From positions 143,277,221-143,341,220 of the forward strand of contig NC_068983.1 in assembly GCF_001194135.2 (NCBI RefSeq): DNA of 64,000 nt. Reading direction: 5' to 3'. Of the stretch, positions 14,670-26,369 are shown in pieces; the first letter of the stretch is position 1, and each line of letters begins with the position of its first letter. The translations under genes and the position numbers were made by a program. Below the pieces are notes generated by a model. The model was not told the origin of the DNA. It was given only the letters and a program-made list of their open reading frames with translations, and did no database searches. The stretch is from Octopus bimaculoides. Taxonomy: Eukaryota.

Positions 14670-15124
14670 AAAGAAAAAGAAAATGATAGCAGATTGTTCA
14701 TGTTCTGACATACAATGACTAGTAATTACTATTTGGGAAGAAGTTGATAATAAAAAAACAATAACTGTTAAACTTACAAAAAAAAACAACCTTAAGACAT
14801 CTTAGAACCATATTGGAGCACTAATGGAATGAGGTTAGTTCCAATGTAAAACATGAAGATAATATATAATAGTTTACCTTTGTTTTTGTTTTTCCCTCTT
14901 TTTAGTTGAGACATACACTATATTATCTCCGTTAATGAAATTTATCTATTTCTATGAAACTATCTACACCTAATTTATTCTCTATATCTGCCCACTGATA
15001 CCTATTAGCAATAACTATTTATCTATACCTGTATTTCTGTGAGTATTTATTTGTTATGAACTCAGATATATATTTACATAAAAGGAAAGAAAAAGAGTGT
15101 GAAAATGTGAGACAGCACTGTGGA

Positions 15125-15164
<40 letters not shown>

Positions 15165-15193
15165 TATGTGTAGTGCAGAGTGTAGAATATGCA

Positions 15194-15523
15194 CCTTACT
15201 GGCACTTGTGCTGGTGGCATGTGAAAATACATTCGAGCAAAGTCATTGCCAGTGCAGCTGGACTGGCTCCTGTGCAGGTGGTATGTAAAAAACACCACTT
15301 GAGCGTGGCCATTGCCAGTACCGTCTGACTGGCTCTTGTGCTGGTGGCACGTAAAAGTACCCACTACACTCGTGGAGTGGTTGGCGTTAGGAAGGGCATC
15401 CAGCGGTAGAAACTCTGCTAGATCAGATTGGAGGCTGGTGCAGCCATCTGGTTCCCCAGTCCTCAGTCTGATCATCCAACCCATGCTAGCATGGAAAGCA
15501 GACGTTAAATGATGATGATAATG
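15194..15523 (+). mobile_element. RTE LINE 3' UTR fragment with (GAT)n tail
   Basis: Inverse match to the 3' UTR of the 34595-36530 RTE; ends ccatgctagcatggaaagcagacgttaaatgatgatg. Confidence 0.88.
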
Positions 15524-15784
15524 TTTAGAACTTCATGCATTCCTTTGTAGTTCAAAGGATATGGCTGTGAATACAAATCAAATTACTTTTTGAAATATTC
15601 AGTAGTTATCCATCGATAATCTGAACAGATAGTGTGAGTGTGTGTGTGGTTTAATTAAAGGCTAATTCAATACTTATAAGTTGAGAATTATATATAATTT
15701 TAGGGGTAAGATTGACAGTGACTCTAAAGTTTTAGTTCAGTTGTCTTTGTCAGAGTGTTTAATGAAGTCACTTTTCTTTGCAAA

Positions 15785-15815
<31 letters not shown>

Positions 15816-16001
15816 CTTCGTGCAGGTGACACATAAAAGCACACACTACACTCTCTGAGTGGTTGGCGTTAGGAAGGGCATCCAGCTGTAGAAACTCTGC
15901 CAAATCAGATTGGAGCCTGGTGTTGCCATCCGGTTTCACCAGTCCTCTGTCAAATCGTCCAACCCATGCTAGCATGGAAAGCAGACGTTAAATGATGATG
16001 A

Positions 16002-16005
<4 letters not shown>
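15816..16005 (+). mobile_element. RTE 3' tail inserted within an (AT)n tract
   Basis: Same tail; (AT)n on both sides (15789-15815 and 16004-16032). Confidence 0.88.
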
Positions 16006-16036
<31 letters not shown>

Positions 16037-16759
16037 TGTTAGCATATAAGGAGCTAGTGCAATCACTTGTAGTAGCTGTTAACAAATAAAGGACTCAAAG
16101 GAATTAAAACTGTCCAGAGTAATTATTATTTATTAATTGCATAGTTTCACAGCAATCTGCAGTATGTTTTGGTCTAATGACCTTAATGAGTAGAATGACT
16201 GAAGTAGACACTCTTGATAAGTTGGCAATAACCAAATGAATGAAACTATTTCAACTGTTCCTTTGTTTATTTTGCAAAGAAAGCTCTGAGATTTGATCAT
16301 AAGGTCTATTTACACAGTAAGGTTAGGTATATGCTTATTAATTGCAAACAAACAGACCACCCATCAGACAGACCAGCCAATAGGATAGATGCCAACTTGA
16401 AACACATTGTGTTAAAATTTGCAGACATTAAGCTATATCACAAGATAAAAAGAATGGATTCTATGTTATAGATCTTCCCGCAGTCCTCCCTGACAATGCA
16501 GTAATGAATTGCGAAGTGGCAATTCAAGCTAGTTGTAAACAAGTGTACCAGTATATATTTTGTGAAGGAAAACCCAGAATTTACCAACTCCCTCCACAAC
16601 ACAAAGCTTAAGGAGTTTGCAGTTGAGCATCAGCAAACCATTATTGTCAACAATGATCTGTATTGGACAACAGTTCTAAAATTATCAAAAAGGTTGAAGG
16701 TGTAAGACCTTTGTTAGCTGCTTACCAGCTCTCATTTAAAGCTATATATGGCTGTGATA

Positions 16760-17122
16760 GTGGAGGCGCAATGGCCCAGTGGTTAGAGCAGCGGACTCGC
16801 GGTCATAGGAATGCAGTTTCGATTCCAAGACTGGGTGTTGTGAGTGTTTAGTGAGCGAAAACACCAAAAAGCTCCACGAGGCTGTACTCTTTCACCACAA
16901 CTTTCTCTCACTCTTTCTTCCGGTTTCTCTTGTACTTGTATTTCTAAGGGTCAGCCTTGTCATACTCTGTGTCACACTGAATATCCCCTAGAACTACGTT
17001 AAGGGTACATATGTCTGTGGAGTGCTCAGCCACTTGCACGTTAATTTCACAAGCAGGCTGTTCCGTTGATCGGATCAACTGGAACCCTCGATGTCGTAAG
17101 CGACGGAGTGCCAACAACAACA
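16760..17122 (+). mobile_element. tRNA-derived SINE (family B) with (CAA)n tail
   Basis: A box tggcccagtggttagag, B-box-like gtttcgattcc; 12-bp TSD ATGGCTGTGATA at 16748-59 and 17123-34. Confidence 0.92.
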
Positions 17123-17427
17123 ATGGCTGTGATATGACCACACAGTTTGCATCACCAATCTAGAACAACCATCTTGTCCAGACTATTGATTGAGTGGAAG
17201 TTGTCCAGAGATGTACAACCAGATGAATACCTATCCGTGCAAGAATAATGTTAGTCATTGACTAATGTTTCTTTCCTTAGCACATATTCGCTTTTAGTGG
17301 TTTTGTTAATCTTTTCAACATTAAATATGCTAATACAAATTAATTTACTAGTTAATTTAATGTGGGTGGATGACACATATGAATTATTTAATATCTAAAT
17401 AATTCTATCTTGTTTAATTTAAAGGTT

Positions 17428-18326
17428 ACTATTTGGAAGGTAGACAAAACACAAACCCCTGCTCTATCTGTAGAAACTCTATAAGATGTACCCAGTGTAA
17501 GCTATGGACACATAAGAGGTGCAGCAATATCAAAGGAAGGCTAACTAGGAAGATAGTTCTTGTATGTGGCAGATGCTCAGGAGCAATAAACACTGAAAAT
17601 GTGCAGAAAACCACTTTTGCCACATTCCAGGGAGAAAAACTAGAAGTAGATGATAGCTTCCGTTATCAAGGTGACCAAGTTAGTAACGGGGGAGGGTGTG
17701 CTGAAAGTGTAGCTGCTAGAATAAGAACAGCCTGGGCAAAGTTCAGAGAGCTCTTACCTCTGCTGGTGACAAAAGGCCTCTCACTCAGAGTAAAAGGCAG
17801 ACTGTATGACGCATGTGTACGAACAGCCATGCTACATGGCAGTGAAACATGAACTGAGGACATGCGTAAGCTCGCAAGAAATGAAGCTAGTATGCTCCGA
17901 TGGATGTGTAATGTCAGTGTGCATACTTGACAGAGTGTAAGTACCTTGAGAGAGAAGTTGAACCTAAGAAGCATCAGTTGTGTGCAAGAGAGACGATTGC
18001 ACTGGTATGGTCATGTGACAAGAATGGATGAGGATAGCTGTGTGAAAAAGTGCCACACCCTAGCGGTTGAGGGAACCTTTGGGAGCGGTAGACCCAGGAA
18101 GACCTGGGATGAGTTGGTGAAGCACGACCTTCAAACATTAGGCCTCACCAAGGCAATGACTAGTGACTGAGACCTTTGGAAATATGCAGTCTGTGAGAAG
18201 ATCTGGCAAGCCAAGTGAGACCATAATCCGAGGTCTCTGCCAGGGGTGTAGCCAGCCCACTTATGCATACTTTTCCTTCATTGGACACTAAACTTTGCTT
18301 GCAAAGACCTGTTGGGGCAAGTGAAA
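17428..18326 (+). mobile_element. 5'-truncated RTE-clade LINE (RT C-terminal half with PHD-like finger, start of 3' UTR), runs into gap
   Basis: ORFs 17433-17852 and 17946-18170: SFRY(L)GD, RIRTAWAKFRELLPLL, LHGSET, RRLHWYGHV.RM, GRPRKTW; stop at 18216-18. Confidence 0.92.
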
Positions 18327-18745
18327 NNNNNNNNNNNNNNNNNNNNNNNNNNNNNNNNNNNNNNNNNNNNNNNNNNNNNNNNNNNNNNNNNNNNNNNNNN
18401 NNNNNNNNNNNNNNNNNNNNNNNNNNNNNNNNNNNNNNNNNNNNNNNNNNNNNNNNNNNNNNNNNNNNNNNNNNNNNNNNNNNNNNNNNNNNNNNNNNNN
18501 NNNNNNNNNNNNNNNNNNNNNNNNNNNNNNNNNNNNNNNNNNNNNNNNNNNNNNNNNNNNNNNNNNNNNNNNNNNNNNNNNNNNNNNNNNNNNNNNNNNN
18601 NNNNNNNNNNNNNNNNNNNNNNNNNNNNNNNNNNNNNNNNNNNNNNNNNNNNNNNNNNNNNNNNNNNNNNNNNNNNNNNNNNNNNNNNNNNNNNNNNNNN
18701 NNNNNNNNNNNNNNNNNNNNNNNNNNNNNNNNNNNNNNNNNNNNN
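18327..18745. other. Assembly gap
   Basis: N run. Confidence 1.
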
Positions 18746-20469
18746 ATATATATATATATATAGATTAGCACATTTGTGAACAATGATTTTAAATATAATT
18801 ACTGATTAACTAATCAGTAATGATCTTATGAAGGACTGATTGAAACAAAGCTATATTGAGAACTTTAACTATGAAATATGCTAATAGTCCAAAACATTTT
18901 AAAAATATTTATTGTGGTAACATACTTTTAATGTAATTGATAAGATCTCAGTCAAAGTTTAGGATATTACTGTAATATCTTCCTTTTACTTTTAGAAACA
19001 ATGTTGCTAATATTGTAAGTCAGTCAAACTGATATTTCATTTATCTGCTGTGTGTTATACAGACAATCAGAAACACTAACAGTGAGTAATTAACCCAGTT
19101 GACTTCAAGAGAAATATCTATCATATCTTTAGTTGTCCACAAGGAATTGGACTAAGCACAAAGTAACAAAACCTACAAACTCCATCACTGAGATGTTTAT
19201 CTTATGTTCCCATGGCACCTACTGATAATGAATTAGTCTAGGCCATTGAGAGTTAAAAATATTTTCTAGGGACATAGTGTGGTAAAGGTAAAATAATACA
19301 GACTGTTGACCCATTAACTTGACGAATTCAGCTTAGTGTCTCTAAGGGAAAATTAGAAAGGAAGTAGGAAAGCTGACAGGATGGAGAGACTAAAAAATGT
19401 TTTGAAATTAAAAGTTATGTTTTTGACTAGGCCCAAGGATAATCTTTTGCAGGGGAAATGTATAGGCAATTGATTTAAAGCAGGATATTACTAGCACTTT
19501 TTAAATAAACCTAGGGAGGATAAAAGTCAAAGTTATCTTTGGTAAGATATAAAACTAAGAATATAGGCAAAGCAAACAAAGGAGCCACTATATGGAGGTA
19601 CCAGGTAGAAATAAATAGCAGTCAAACTTCCCTCAAATCAGACCCTGCTAACTTAAAGTATACAGTAGATAATGTAGTTCTACAAATACTATCTGAAAGC
19701 AAGATAAGATAATTATGGTTGGAATGCTTTTGATCACAGGAGTTGCATGTTCAGGGCTTGCCTAGGACTAAACATACCTGAATGTAAATGGAAGAAATTA
19801 AATAGTATAAGGAATTTAGTGTGGTGATCTAGTCACTTCTGCCAATTTCATTGACCTAATTTTACGATTAGTATGAATAAGCATATGCAGAATTTAATGA
19901 AAAATATCACTTCAGCTGTCAAGGAATCAGAGATTATATGTAATGGTAGAGAAGCTTAAATGATAACAATTATATTAAAATTTTTAAGTCTATCTGGGCT
20001 TGATGTCTTTGTATTTTGCACTAGGGGGTAGGGGATAACACATCTGATGCTTCATTAATTCATTTCTTTAAAAATAATATATCTGCTTCAAAAATTTCTT
20101 TGACAAGGCAATAATAATAGAATTAAAAGAAAGGAACAAAATGGCCTGATGGGGGTAGAGAAAGTAGGGAAGGGTTCATTCTTTTTTCTATTGAATACAT
20201 GTTATTTCCTTGATGTGCTATTGTAGGAAAATAATAGTTACTGAGATTTTGTTATTATGCTGGCTTATCTGAAGGGCTGAATTAATAATGACATTCCAGT
20301 GACAAAGAAGGTATTACTTGACAAGATGATGGAGTAATTTTTGGAGTAAACATTGAACAAAATTAGACATGAGTCATTAATGTGACAATCTTTTAAATAT
20401 CTAAATATTAATACTAAAAATATAACCCTGCCAAAATCTACAACAATAACAAAAATGCTTTAAATTGTG

Positions 20470-20472
<3 letters not shown>

Positions 20473-20561
<89 letters not shown>

Positions 20562-20562
20562 A
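20473..20562. repeat. (GA)n microsatellite
   Basis: Direct reading. Confidence 0.97.
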
Positions 20563-21452
20563 TTGCTCTTTGTCATTGTCATTTGGGTTTCTATTATTAG
20601 CAACAATAGATTAAAAGCCAACAGCATACAAATGCTACCACAAACATGAGTAAAGGTTAAAACCTTTTTCTCTTTTTTTTTTGTAACCTGCAGGGCTATT
20701 TATGACATTATTTATAGACCAGTCTTCCAAAACCACAAACCAAACATATTTACTTAAAGAAGTAAATGAAAAAATACTTTAAATAACTTAAAGTCATAAT
20801 TGAACATTAAAACCTTACAAATACCTTGAGTATCCCTTCGTTTTTATAAATGTACTTAAATGTAAGGAGAAATAGTTTTTCTTAAGGATAGCTACCTTTT
20901 GAAAAAATGTAATTTTACTATCATCTTTGAGCAAATAAGCTTAAGATACAATTTTTAGATGGTATAGTCATGAAGATATTATAGATTAAGCATATTTTAG
21001 TGAAAAAGCCAAAAAAGAATCTTTAAAATTAAAAAAAGTGGGATAAGTAAATAAATTTTAAAGTACGCAAATGAAAAAAAAAGAACCCTACTTAGAGAAA
21101 AACCCTGGAATAAGGATACTCTAATGGGAGACCTAGCAAGTTAATCCAAAGGTTAGATAGCATTGTCATAAGAAAAATCTAATGACCAATGCTATTGGGA
21201 TGGGCATAAAAAATAAAAGAGTGTACAATATTTAAAAGATTGGTGTACAACATTAACACAACCAACTGGTTATGTTGTGACCATTAAGAATTGGGTCTAG
21301 GAAGACTAATGCTGCAGTGAAATGTCACGCACCTGAGGCTGCAGGGATGGCAAGCCGCAATCTAAGGTAGTAGTAGTAGCAGTAGTAGTAGTAGTAAGAG
21401 AAGTCAGGGTGGTAGTTGGACGGAAAAAGAGCCACAGGTGAGCAGGTAGCAG

Positions 21453-21616
21453 TCAAACTGATGACGACTGAGCAGAGGAGGACCAATCCAGGCTCTCCGT
21501 GTAGGACACATAGGTGGGGAGTGCCCAGCTGTCCCGGAGCTGTACAGGCTGATACTTGGCACCGCTGTCACGGTCTTTGGGGCGAGTGTAAGTGCTAGTA
21601 GTTGTTATGTACTTAC
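21453..21616 (-). CDS. NKAIN: Putative alternative NKAIN C-terminus by read-through of the exon donor (54 aa, ends SSSV*)
   Basis: Frame stays open past the donor to TGA at 21455-21453: CKYITTTSTYTRPKDRDSGAKYQPVQLRDSWALPTYVSYTESLDWSSSAQSSSV*. About 55% GC by hand count (88/161) with several CpGs, against roughly 30% GC intron background. Confidence 0.55.
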
Positions 21617-21677
21617 AGCTCTCATCTTCTTCTGTGTACATGTAGATGGTGATGCAGGAAATTATAAACCCAAAGAA
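21617..21677 (-). CDS. NKAIN: NKAIN-family 61-nt coding exon (end of last TM segment plus acidic patch)
   Basis: Acceptor tgttttcttttcttctag|, exon FFGFIISCITIYMYTEEDES plus 1 nt, donor |gtaagt. Joins in phase 0 to the 37845 exon. Resembles vertebrate NKAIN L.GF..ACY.....EEEDS, whose exon I recall also being 61 nt. Confidence 0.9.
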
Positions 21678-23749
21678 CTAGAAGAAAAGAAAACAATTCA
21701 TTAACATAACAGTTTAAAATCAACCAACCAAAGCCACAAGATACATTGAATACTAAAGACATAAGACAGCTTCTGTAGTGGTTGTTGTTCTTTAGTCTCA
21801 AGATAGAACTGATCAAGCAGGACTATGATCAAAGACATTCCAGCTATGACCCTCCCATATTTTATTACAAACATTGTATATATAAGGCAACATTATCTAA
21901 TATAATCTTTTAAGCTGGTAGAACATGATTTTAAGGAGAATTGGTAGCTATTTCTAGCAGACAGAACAGTCACATAAAAGCCCTTTCATTGGCTTCATTC
22001 AGTTTCTATTTTAAATAACTATAGTTAGTCAACTTGCTAGAAATAGCAACCAAACTTTCCTCAAATTACACCATGAATAATGCAGTCCTGGATACATTAT
22101 ACATGTAAAATAGATGTATGGTTTGCAGCTGGAACACTTTATTATAGAATCTGCTCAATTAAAGAGGTTTTAATTTTGTCAAATCATCATCATTCAATGT
22201 GTTTTCCATGCTGACATGGTTTTGATGGTCTGACTGGAACTGGTAAGCCAGAGAACAGCATTAGGATCCAGTCATCCATTTTAGTATGATTTCTACAGCT
22301 GGATGCCCTTCCTAATGCCACCCACTTTAGAGTGTACTGGGTGTTTTTTACATGTCACTGGCAAATGATTACAATAAAATCGAATTACTTAATGCAACTG
22401 AGCAAAGAAAATATAACTGGTCTCTTAGAACTGTACATCAGGTTTGACAATTGGTCTTGTAGTGTTGATGCTGAAGGGTCAACACAGAAGCCAGTCATTG
22501 TGTAGAAGCTCAAAGGTGTAGTTTCCCCAATCCTTTCAACATGACTACAAGACTAGAATTTAGGATAGTAGAATAATGAAATACTCATCATTTTGATAGT
22601 GCTGCCACAACTTACAATAGTGAATTACACCAACCTGAAATACCTACTTGGAGCTTGGGGGAATCAAAGTCTTTTGTATATAGTCACAATGCAATCCTAA
22701 AGACAGGATAGGAACTGCAAAATTCTTGACTAATTTTCCAGTTTATTAGTGTTGGATAGAGCACAGTGGTTACTGCAGGTACCTGAAAAGTACATTAGTC
22801 ACTGCACAATAGAGAATTTACTGCAGATAGCAGCTGTTACTGCACAATATATAACGGCACATTAATCATTATACAATACAATCATCACTGGAAACCATAG
22901 TGGCTACAACACAGAAGAGTAACCAAGGAAGTGGAGTATGTAAATATATATGTGCAATGCATAAAGTATATATGTATGCAAAAGTCAGACTTTGTAACGG
23001 GGGGTATGCTGATAAATACTTCAGAGAAGTGGAGGTGATTGTAGTAGTAATAAAAGAAGCAGAGAAAGGAAACTATGTTAATGAATTAGTGAGGGAAACT
23101 ACTGGATGAAGTCAATGATTTTTGTGTACATAGCAGCAGTATTATCCCATAAATGTGAGCAATACTCCAGTCAGGAGTCTTTCCTGAGTCTTATTGAAAG
23201 TCAGAAACTAATTGGGTTTGAAGTATTTCATGGCTCTGAAGTGGAGTCCTAACCTTTGTGATGCTGTTTTAGCAATGTTATGTGTTAGGTTACCATAAGA
23301 AATCATCAGAAATTGCAAAAGATATCAAACGCTTCAATTCCAATCAGCACTAATCATTTCCAAAATTCTAAAGTTATTGTTCCTAAATATATAATATCTC
23401 AGGTTCTAACAATGCACAAAACCTATACACTACTATATCATTAATTTTGTCTTTGGTCGTTTGACTTTTTGCTATTGAAGTGAAATGTTAGAAATTATAC
23501 AATAAACAGCTGAACATAATTAAAATATTGATATTATCAACATACAAATTGCCTTAAATTTTTTTTTAAAAAAAGCAGAGACAGATAATTAGCAATTAAT
23601 AAATAAATGTATAACATATTTGACAAGTATTCTATGTCAGTTTTAGTTTACTACACACATACTAACATACTGTAAATGTATACTGTATGAATATAGTAAA
23701 GGTGTTAATACACAAACATTTAGACTAATCAATACATGCTTATATTGAA

Positions 23750-23786
<37 letters not shown>

Positions 23787-24189
23787 GAGAGAGTGAGTGT
23801 GTGTGTGTGTGTGTGGGTGCGTGCGTGTAATAAATCAGAATAACACAATGATGTATGTTTGGTAAAACCAATTAATTGCCAGTAATTGTTCAGTATTAGA
23901 GATATCTTCTCAGATGGAAGAGATAATAGACAACAAAAGCATCACAAAAGGATTGAACATACATTACCCACTCTCCTGGCCACACACAATTTTCTTTATT
24001 ATCATCATCTACATTATCATCATCATCATATAGACTATCTTTATTATTATCATCATCATCATTTTTAATGGGATTTTTTTCTGCATCCAATTTGCTTATA
24101 CTTCTTAATGAGTAACTCTTCAATTTTGGATATTTGGATAAATTGTTAAAATAAATATATTTACAGACAAGCACCTTCTTTAAACATTG

Positions 24190-24400
24190 TCAGTCAACCA
24201 ACCAATAAACAAGCCAATAGTAATGTACATTGGGAGGTGGAGTGGATATTTCCAGTAAGCTTAACTAAGGTCTGTAAAATAGTGTGGGATTTATCCATCT
24301 CTCATTTCTAGGAACAGAAAATTCCTGCCATGTTATTAGTCTATTAAAGCGTGTACACTCTTCAACTCTGGTGTGCCCCAAGGATCAGTCATGTAACTCT
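24190..24400 (+). mobile_element. Degenerate CR1/L2-like RT fragment
   Basis: tctggtgtgccccaaggatcagtc = SGVPQGSV at ~24367-24390. Confidence 0.5.
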
Positions 24401-24840
24401 CAAACTAGACCACAGGGATTAGGTTTAATTTTCAATCTTAATCCTCTCATGTAAGGCCCGTATTAGTTGATTGCTCACATACCTTATACAATATTGCTGC
24501 TACCCACAAACACACACATGTACGTGCACAAACACACAAAATCATCCTACATAGTACACAAAGCAAGGCACTTTGACTGATAAATATTTATTCTCCAATA
24601 AACTTCAATCCAATATTTAGCTTCCACTTTTTACCACTACTTTCACTTTGACAATAGCTTTTGTTCTTCTGAACAAGCTAACTACTTACCTTCTCCAGCA
24701 ATACAACCTACCTAACCAACCCATCATGCCATTGACTGGGTCTCATAAGGCTTTATATAAAGCACTTTGCCCACAACCTTCTTGCCAGAATTTTACACTA
24801 GTGGGATTCCCTTCTCGCTTGTTTTTTCTAAGAACACATG

Positions 24841-25183
24841 TTGAAGCTGAACATCAGCTGCTTCCATATACTGTGACTCGCCCAGCTGCTCTCACTCTCC
24901 ATGTGCCACAGCTCGCCCAGCTTGCCCAGCTGCCCTCACGCTCCATGTGCCGCAGCTCACCCAGCTGCCCTCACTTGCCACCTGCCATGGCTCATTCAGT
25001 TGCCCTTGCACCACAGCTTGTCCAGCTGCTGTTGCTCTCCACATGCTGTGGCTTGCCTAGCAGCCTCCACTCTCATTGTGCTGTGGCTTGCCCAGCTGCC
25101 TCCACTCTCCATGTGCTGCAGCTTGCCCAGCTGCTCCATGCACTGCAGTTCACTCAGCTCCATTCACTATGAACTTTTATCAC
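24841..25183. repeat. GC-rich degenerate minisatellite (gcccagctg/cagctt units)
   Basis: Many cccagct/cagctt/ctccatg units; AACACATG at 24833-40 and 25184-91. Confidence 0.7.
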
Positions 25184-25338
25184 AACACATGGTAGTTCAA
25201 CAAGCTATGTCTGGTTCACACAATAAAAGAGTCTATTAAATCACTTGACTTACTGGAAATTACAGCCAAAACACTGTCTTCTTAAAAATGAAAGGCTACA
25301 TTGGGCAATGCAGTCCCTAGTGAAAAAATATCAGGATA

Positions 25339-25505
25339 GCACCCACTACACTCTTGGAGTGGTTGGCATTAGGAAGAGCATCCAGCTGTAGAAACATTGC
25401 CAGATCAGATTGAAGCCTAGTGCAGCTTCCTGGCTTGCCAGTCCCCAGTCAAAGTGTCCAATCCATGCCACCATGGAAAACAGACGTTAAACAATGATGA
25501 TGATG
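25339..25505 (+). mobile_element. RTE 3' tail nested in an older retroposon fragment
   Basis: Interrupts a 25240-25570 copy of the old repeat seen at 2385-2690 and 32885-33075. Confidence 0.8.
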
Positions 25506-25669
25506 GTTACAGTTGTAATGCCTTTGACTACTCATCTGATCAATCAGAGCTGATCTGGACTTAAACAGTAGTAATACCTCTACACATGACAGCTCAGTTT
25601 ACCAAGGAGCATCTCAGTCACAGACACCAACTAGTATCTTCTGAGAATGTCACTGGCAACATAGTCACT

Positions 25670-25717
<48 letters not shown>

Positions 25718-25720
25718 CAC

Positions 25721-25754
<34 letters not shown>

Positions 25755-26327
25755 TGAACTACTTAGTTGATGTCATCTAAATTCCAATGAAAGAGCCTTG
25801 TTTCTTTCTCAGTTTGAAAGAAATTTGAGAAATAAAACCAGAACTCACATGCATATAGTCATACCTGCATATTCTCACACACAAGATTACTACAAAAGAC
25901 AGTGCTATAGCTATATTGTTATTTATTCAATATATAAGAAAGAAATATTGAGTCTGAGACAGTAAGAGAAAGAGAAAGCAAGAGAGAGAGGGAGAGAAAG
26001 TGAGAGGGATACAGTAACAGGAAATTTCTAAAGAGTGTATGGTAAGCTGATAAAATATTCTCAATATCCAACAGCACAAAGTTGTTAATGTACTGAACAA
26101 CATTTACCATTTCTATACAGTTGTTTACGTGAATCTTTATATATAATTGGTAAAGAACTGTCTTATTCACTAATGAAAAAAAAAAAAAATTAACTCATTA
26201 GTCAGCTGCTGAGTTATGGAACTTGTTTTTATTCTTCCTTTTTAAACCCCTACAAGCCTATTACACACACACACACACACAAAATGTATGTGTGTGTACG
26301 AATGTAAGGGCATGTAGTCTATAAATC

Positions 26328-26369
<42 letters not shown>

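Noticed and set aside
15194-15370. CRISPR-like periodic repeats
   Set aside because: Eukaryotic context, homologous spacers, no cas genes; part of a LINE 3' UTR.
16760-16830. tRNA-like A and B boxes
   Set aside because: SINE head followed by a SINE body, tail and TSD; no full cloverleaf.
16480-17260. Coding-looking sequence interrupted by the SINE
   Set aside because: Stops in all frames and no recognisable motif; probably an old transposon remnant that I cannot name.
21416-21598. Plus-strand 60-aa ORF and cag|gtgagc donor overlapping the NKAIN read-through
   Set aside because: Expected by-product of a GC-rich antisense frame; no plus-strand acceptor or gene context found.
24648-25172. 174-aa plus-strand ORF
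   Set aside because: Arises from the GC-rich minisatellite; repetitive low-information peptide, no splice or homology support.
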